From: Minisyncoccia bacterium
GTDB taxonomy: Bacteria; Patescibacteriota; Minisyncoccia; Phycocordibacterales; SBAW01
Assembly (NCBI GenBank): GCA_049997855.1
Contig: JBEKSG010000004.1
Span: 2,607-66,606, forward strand
DNA length: 64,000 nucleotides
Direction: 5' to 3'
Part shown: piece after piece, positions 59,137-64,000 of the stretch
How the letters are laid out: each line of letters starts with the position of its first letter
Position numbering within the stretch: position 1 is the first letter of the stretch
The notes under the pieces: model-generated
Told to the model about the DNA's origin: nothing
The model's database searches: none
Seen by the model: only the letters and a program-made list of their open reading frames with translations
Program-made: the position numbers and the translations under genes

Positions 59137-59484
59137 ATGGCTGATCTTCAAGATTTGATAAAACTAGTTAGAGAATTTAGAGACGCACGTGATTGGAAGC
59201 AATTTCATAATCCTAAAGATTCGGCAATTTCTCTTACTCTCGAAGCTACAGAAGTTTTGGAACATTTCCAGTGGAAAAATAAGGAGGAAATGGAGAAATA
59301 TATTAAGTCTAATAAAGCAGACATAGCTGAAGAATTGGCGGACGTGCTCTATTGGGTTTTTCTTATGGGTAATGATTTAGATATTGATCTTTCTGAAGCG
59401 TTTATTAAAAAGTTAAAAAAGAACGGAGAAAAATACCCTATAGATAAGGCAAAAGGGAACCATACGAAGTACAATAAACTATGA
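59137..59484 (+). CDS. MazG-like nucleotide pyrophosphohydrolase
   Basis: FRDARDWKQFHNPKD...EATEVLEHFQW...EELADV...KYP. Confidence 0.9.
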   Translation: MADLQDLIKLVREFRDARDWKQFHNPKDSAISLTLEATEVLEHFQWKNKEEMEKYIKSNKADIAEELADVLYWVFLMGNDLDIDLSEAFIKKLKKNGEKYPIDKAKGNHTKYNKL

Positions 59485-61793
59485 GACTTTACTCAGGCTC
59501 ATCCACTCAGTTTTTGGATGATACCGTGCATAATCAAATAGGGGACAAACTCAAGGAATCTTTTTTCCAATATTTTCGCTACTACCCTTCCCCAAATGAA
59601 GTGCAATCATGGAGAAATTCACTCCGTGCTGTTTCTCAAGTATTCGATTATTCAAAATTACATGATCATGGAGTAATTCTTGAATATCAACTCCCTCAGA
59701 CATCCAAGCGCCTCGATTGCATGATAACCGGCAAAGATCAACCCGGGAGCGATAGAGCGGTTGTCATTGAGCTCAAACAATGGGAGAAATGTGAAGCCTC
59801 AGATGGAGAAAACGAAGTGACTACATGGGTCGGGGGAGCAAAAAGGGAGGTTCTTCATCCATCTGTTCAAGTTGGCCAATATAAAATGTATTTACAAGAT
59901 CTTCATCCAGCATTTGATGGTGAGAATTCTATTAAACTTGATGCAGTTTCTTACCTTCACAATTATTCTCCTGTAGAAAATGACGAGCTTCTAACGGCAA
60001 AATTTACAGAAAAAATAAAAAGCAATCCGGTCTTTTGTGCAAATGATGTGAATATTTTTAGTGTATATCTTAAAAACAGACTCTCAGCCGGAAGTGGTTT
60101 ACCAATACTCGAACGTGTGGAAAAGACAGAATACAAAGTGAGCAAGAAGTTAATGGACCACGTCAGTAAGATAATAAAAGAGAAAAGCGAATATATACTT
60201 CTTGATGAACAACTTATCGTATATGACAAAGTATTTTCTCTTGTTAAACAAGAACTTAAAAAAGACGAGAAATCAGTAGTTATTATTAGTGGTGGTCCCG
60301 GCACTGGAAAATCTGTAATTGCTATTAATCTTATGGCAGATTTGTTGCGAGCAGGATATGACACTAACTACGCTACTGGATCGAAAGCATTTACTGAAAC
60401 CCTGAGGAAAAAAATTGGGGTGCGCGGCGCTGTTCAATTCAAATATTTTAATAGTTATATGAATTCGAATAAAAATATTCTAGATGTCCTTATTGCAGAC
60501 GAAGCCCATCGTATTAGAGAGACGAGCAATAATCGGTTTACGAAGAAGGAAATGCGATCAGATACCCCGCAAATTGAAGAGCTTATCAAAGCATCAAAAA
60601 TTGGAGTGTTTTTCATTGACGACAATCAAAATGTTCGTCCTAATGAAACTGGGTCTGCAGAATTCATTAAAGATACTGCTATTAAGATGGGATGCGAGGT
60701 GTACGAATATGAATTAGAAGCGCAATTTCGGTGCAGTGGGTCAGATGCATTCGTAAGCTGGATAAATAATACACTTGGAGTTAGACGTACTGCGAATGTC
60801 ATTTGGGATCAGAAAGAAGAGTTTGATTTTCAAATTATGGATTCGCCACAAGAATTATATGAAAAAATAAAACAAAAGAATAACGAAAAACATAGTTCCG
60901 CACGACTTGTTGCGGGTTTTTGTTGGCCATGGAGTAACCCGAACTTAGATGGAACACTGGTAAACGACGTCAAAATTGGCGACTTTGAAATGCCATGGGA
61001 AGGTAAAGACGGTTACAAATTAGCTCCAGGGATACCGCCCGCTTCACTCTGGCCAAATGATCCAAATGGGGTGAATCAAATAGGCAGTATTTATACAATT
61101 CAAGGATTTGAATTTGATTATGTAGGAGTAATCATTGGCTCGGATCTTGTCTATAACTTTGAAAACCAAACTTGGATTGCATTAAGAGAAAAATCTGCAG
61201 ATAGTGTGGTAAAGCGCTCTGGAGAAAAACTTGTTGATCTCCTTAAAAATACTTACCGCGTCCTTCTTACTCGAGGCATGAAAGGATGTTATGTATATTT
61301 TGTAGACAAGGAGACAGAAAAGTTTTTTAAGAGTAGAATCGAAGCAAAAAAGAGCTATCAAAAATCTTCGGTACTTATTTTGTCTCCAATTACTGTAGAT
61401 ATGGTCCGTATTCCACTTGTCGGATCTGCTCCATGTGGTGCTCCACTGCTTGGTGAGGAAAATATAGAGGAGTATATAAACGTAGAAAAATCAAAAATTA
61501 AACCCGGTTTTAAGTATTTTATTCTTCGGGCTGAGGGCGACTCCATGAATCTTGCTGGCATAAATAACGATGATCTCGTCTTATGTCGTCAGCAATTAAA
61601 GGCCGATACAGGCAATAGAGTTGTTTCTTTGCTTGGTGATAACGTGACTATCAAGGTTTATGGTGAACGAATCGGAGGTGTGAGAAAATTATTACCAAAA
61701 AGTACAAACAAAAAACATCAACCAATAATCCCAGGAGAGGGAGATACTGTGCAGGGAGTCGTACAAGAAGTACTTGCACCGAACAACAAATAA
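59481..61793 (+). CDS. DUF2075 (Schlafen group 3-like) nuclease-helicase fused to C-terminal LexA/S24 peptidase domain
   Basis: KRLD...IELKQW; GGPGTGKS; ADEAH; QFRC; IYTIQGFEFDY; YRVLLTRG; then IPLVGSAPCG...GDSM...TIK. Confidence 0.85.
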   Translation: MRLYSGSSTQFLDDTVHNQIGDKLKESFFQYFRYYPSPNEVQSWRNSLRAVSQVFDYSKLHDHGVILEYQLPQTSKRLDCMITGKDQPGSDRAVVIELKQWEKCEASDGENEVTTWVGGAKREVLHPSVQVGQYKMYLQDLHPAFDGENSIKLDAVSYLHNYSPVENDELLTAKFTEKIKSNPVFCANDVNIFSVYLKNRLSAGSGLPILERVEKTEYKVSKKLMDHVSKIIKEKSEYILLDEQLIVYDKVFSLVKQELKKDEKSVVIISGGPGTGKSVIAINLMADLLRAGYDTNYATGSKAFTETLRKKIGVRGAVQFKYFNSYMNSNKNILDVLIADEAHRIRETSNNRFTKKEMRSDTPQIEELIKASKIGVFFIDDNQNVRPNETGSAEFIKDTAIKMGCEVYEYELEAQFRCSGSDAFVSWINNTLGVRRTANVIWDQKEEFDFQIMDSPQELYEKIKQKNNEKHSSARLVAGFCWPWSNPNLDGTLVNDVKIGDFEMPWEGKDGYKLAPGIPPASLWPNDPNGVNQIGSIYTIQGFEFDYVGVIIGSDLVYNFENQTWIALREKSADSVVKRSGEKLVDLLKNTYRVLLTRGMKGCYVYFVDKETEKFFKSRIEAKKSYQKSSVLILSPITVDMVRIPLVGSAPCGAPLLGEENIEEYINVEKSKIKPGFKYFILRAEGDSMNLAGINNDDLVLCRQQLKADTGNRVVSLLGDNVTIKVYGERIGGVRKLLPKSTNKKHQPIIPGEGDTVQGVVQEVLAPNNK

Positions 61794-61930
61794 AATAACT
61801 GGATTCTCTACATTTTTATCCCGGCCTTTCCTTCTCTCTCTTATACTAGTGTTTTGCAAAACACTACAATAACGAGCCCACAACTCTACTCCGGGCTTTA
61901 CTTTACTTACCAAATCTCTACACTTTAGAC

Positions 61931-62062
61931 ATGGACGAAGAACTTTTTGAACTGGCAAAAGAGAACGACCTCACGCTCGACGAGGCAGAAGAGGTGCAGG
62001 ACTTAGCCGATGAGCTAGGGGTTGATCTAGACGAGGCCCTGGAAATTTGGCAGGAGCAATAA
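61931..62062 (+). CDS. 43-aa hyper-acidic microprotein, copy 2
   Basis: MDEELFELAKENDLTLDEAEEVQDLADELGVDLDEALEIWQEQ; 38/43 identical to copy 1; TACACT 6 nt upstream. Confidence 0.85.
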   Translation: MDEELFELAKENDLTLDEAEEVQDLADELGVDLDEALEIWQEQ

Positions 62063-62096
62063 TATTTTAGCCCTATATAATAGTGGATATCACGGT

Positions 62097-62903
62097 ATGT
62101 ATTCAGAATATAATCACAAAAAGGCATATATCATCGGCGCCGTAGCCCTTGCGGTTATCTTGCTGCTTTGGTTTGTTGTCCCTCGCACGCACTCTTGCAA
62201 CGTGGCGTACATTCCGCTCCACGGCGACCTTGTAACGTATGTGCCCGCATCCGAGGCCACCAGCACCGGCAACGCATACGACCAAACCTCGTCCGAGGAC
62301 GTAACAGCCGCCATACGGCAAGCGGCAGCCGACCCGAGCATCAAAGCCATCGTGCTTGAGATTGACTCTCCCGGCGGTTCGCCGGTTGGGGGGCAAGAGA
62401 TTGAGTTGGCACTCAAACAAATACACAAGCCCACCGTTGCACTCATACGCGGCGAGGGAGACTCTGCTGCATACCTGGCTGCCACCGGCGCCGATACTAT
62501 CTTTGCCTCTGTCTTTTCAGGTGTTGGCGACATCGGCATTACAGAGTCCTACGTAGACAACGCACAGCAGGATATTACTAACGGGCTCACGTTCAATCAG
62601 CTTTCAATTGGCAAATACAAAGATATGTTTGATACCGATAAGCCGCTGACCGCGGACGAGCAAGCGCTCGCCATGAAAGAGCTGCAAATCAACTATCAAG
62701 ACTTTGTGCAGATTGTTGCCCAAAATCGCCACATGAGCATCGGCACCGCCACAACGCTGGCTAACGGCGCAGAGGTAACCGGGGAAGAAGCGCTGCAGGA
62801 TGGCTTGATTGATAAGCTCGGCAACATCGATGATGTGCGGAACTATCTGTCGGGCGAACTAAAACAAAACGCGGTTATTTGCGGTGTCGACATCAATCCC
62901 TAG
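62097..62903 (+). CDS. sppA: S49 family signal peptide peptidase SppA
   Basis: LEIDSPGGSP, DSAAY, GDIG, GKYKD, GLIDKLG. Confidence 0.85.
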   Translation: MYSEYNHKKAYIIGAVALAVILLLWFVVPRTHSCNVAYIPLHGDLVTYVPASEATSTGNAYDQTSSEDVTAAIRQAAADPSIKAIVLEIDSPGGSPVGGQEIELALKQIHKPTVALIRGEGDSAAYLAATGADTIFASVFSGVGDIGITESYVDNAQQDITNGLTFNQLSIGKYKDMFDTDKPLTADEQALAMKELQINYQDFVQIVAQNRHMSIGTATTLANGAEVTGEEALQDGLIDKLGNIDDVRNYLSGELKQNAVICGVDINP

Positions 62904-62908
62904 GGCTC

Positions 62909-62929
62909 TACGGAGGTTTAACCTCCGTA
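62909..62929. repeat. Palindrome, family C-like
   Basis: TACGGAGGTT-t-AACCTCCGTA. Confidence 0.7.
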
Positions 62930-62954
62930 TTGTTGCTGGGTGTATACTTACGAT

Positions 62955-63227
62955 ATGTATATGCATCATTGGGGCGAACAGGGTTGGTTTATCAATGTGC
63001 CTTTTTGGTCTGCGCCGCTTTTTAGTTTGATATTGTTGGCAGCGCTTTGGTCTTTGGTTTGGAAGGGGTTGGCTTTGTGGCACTCCGGGCGTCGGGGCGA
63101 CGCGTGGTGGTTTGTCATACTCCTTGTCATTAACACGCTCGGCATTTTGGAAATTATTTATCTGTTTGCCGTTGCAAAGCTCAAGTTCCACGAACTCTTC
63201 ACCAAACACGAGCATCATCACGGCTAG
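62955..63227 (+). CDS. Small membrane protein (DUF5652-like)
   Basis: WSLVWKGLALWHS...WFVILLVINTLGILEIIYL. Confidence 0.8.
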   Translation: MYMHHWGEQGWFINVPFWSAPLFSLILLAALWSLVWKGLALWHSGRRGDAWWFVILLVINTLGILEIIYLFAVAKLKFHELFTKHEHHHG

Positions 63228-63233
63228 CGCGCG

Positions 63234-63623
63234 ATGCCGTGGTTTAGGATAGTGCGTCGCCGCGCAGTTGTGCGGCGGTCAACTCGCAAAAGCCGCGCCG
63301 AGCACCTTGTGCTCGGCGCGGCCGCGCGCATACTCGTGCGTGAGCGCCTCGCGCACTTTAATCGTCACTACGGCTTTGCATACAAAAAAGTTTTTATCCG
63401 CAACACGCGCACGCGGTGGGGGAGTTGCTCCAGCCGCGGCAACTTAGGATTTAATTACCGCATTGTAAAATTGCCGCCGCACCTCATTGATTACGTTGTC
63501 GTGCACGAACTCTGTCATCTTAAAGAGTTTAACCACTCGTCAAAGTTTTGGGCGCTGGTGGCCGAGACTATCCCGAGGTGGAAGCTTTGCCGGACAATAT
63601 TGCGCAAAACTCGCATCGGTTAA
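63234..63623 (+). CDS. M48/YgjP-like zinc metallopeptidase
   Basis: [24 protein letters not shown]. Confidence 0.88.
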   Translation: MPWFRIVRRRAVVRRSTRKSRAEHLVLGAAARILVRERLAHFNRHYGFAYKKVFIRNTRTRWGSCSSRGNLGFNYRIVKLPPHLIDYVVVHELCHLKEFNHSSKFWALVAETIPRWKLCRTILRKTRIG

Positions 63624-63677
63624 TTTCATATACATGCAAAAAGAGACCACCCCCCTCAGGTGGCCTGTTTTAGTTTT

Positions 63678-63899
63678 CTAAAAAAAGCAAAGTTTGCCAT
63701 TATCTAGCGACGCAATAACAATGGAACATGCTTGTTCAATGTCAAGCGTTTCGTTTCCATCTGGTATTCTCTCCCAGACCGAAATCTCTCTGCACGATAT
63801 TATTTCCCCATCATTATCGTCGCAAAAATACTGGCCGTCTTGAAAGCGCTTCGCGCTCCAATTAAGAACGCGTCCACACCCTGCACATACCGCTATCAT
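63678..63899 (-). CDS. Small hypothetical Cys-containing protein
   Basis: 73-aa ORF starting MIAVCAGCG; no other support. Confidence 0.35.
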   Translation of the reverse strand: MIAVCAGCGRVLNWSAKRFQDGQYFCDDNDGEIISCREISVWERIPDGNETLDIEQACSIVIASLDNGKLCFF

Positions 63900-64000
63900 A
63901 TCAGTACGCCTGTTTCATCGTTCATGATCTCCTCCCGCTTGTTGCGGTAGACACCAAACTATCCGCCTTAATCATGTGCTCATGTGTATAAAACGCAATG

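Noticed and set aside
61918-62127. Minus-strand Ser-rich ORFs opposite the acidic microprotein genes
   Set aside because: Antisense shadows. The substitution pattern between the two copies is synonymous in the plus-strand frame.

Overview
This window looks like a Patescibacteria/CPR (Parcubacteria-like) chromosome segment in the standard genetic code; the taxonomy is inferred from gene content and style. It holds a type IV pilus locus (pilMNO(P)-pilB-pilT-pilC, six pilins, pilD) interrupted by a Phd/RelE toxin-antitoxin insert, then ligA-gatC-gatA, six tRNAs, prfB, ftsEX, pyrG, DEAD-box and Pif1 helicases and envelope genes. A ~25 kb island lies between the inward-facing 3' ends of a tRNA(CAT) and tRNA-Asp. 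It contains a ~21 kb capsid-less element: a serine recombinase, TerS, TerL, two DNA methyltransferases and a sigma-like gene on the minus strand, with defence-type cargo on the plus strand (PLD-SNF2 helicase plus a type IIG-like methyltransferase). A second defence patch carries NYN, MazG-like and DUF2075-S24 genes. The most notable signals are: (1) several families of short palindromes sitting inside protein-coding genes, two exactly at prepilin cleavage sites; (2) the terminase-bearing element with no structural genes; (3) a 43-aa hyper-acidic microprotein, absent from the ORF track, duplicated behind both defence modules; (4) a nuclease-helicase fused to a LexA-type autoprotease; (5) two candidate structured RNAs; (6) a pervasive -10 box/6-nt/ATG leaderless architecture. 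All product names come from motif recognition by eye; no database search was run.
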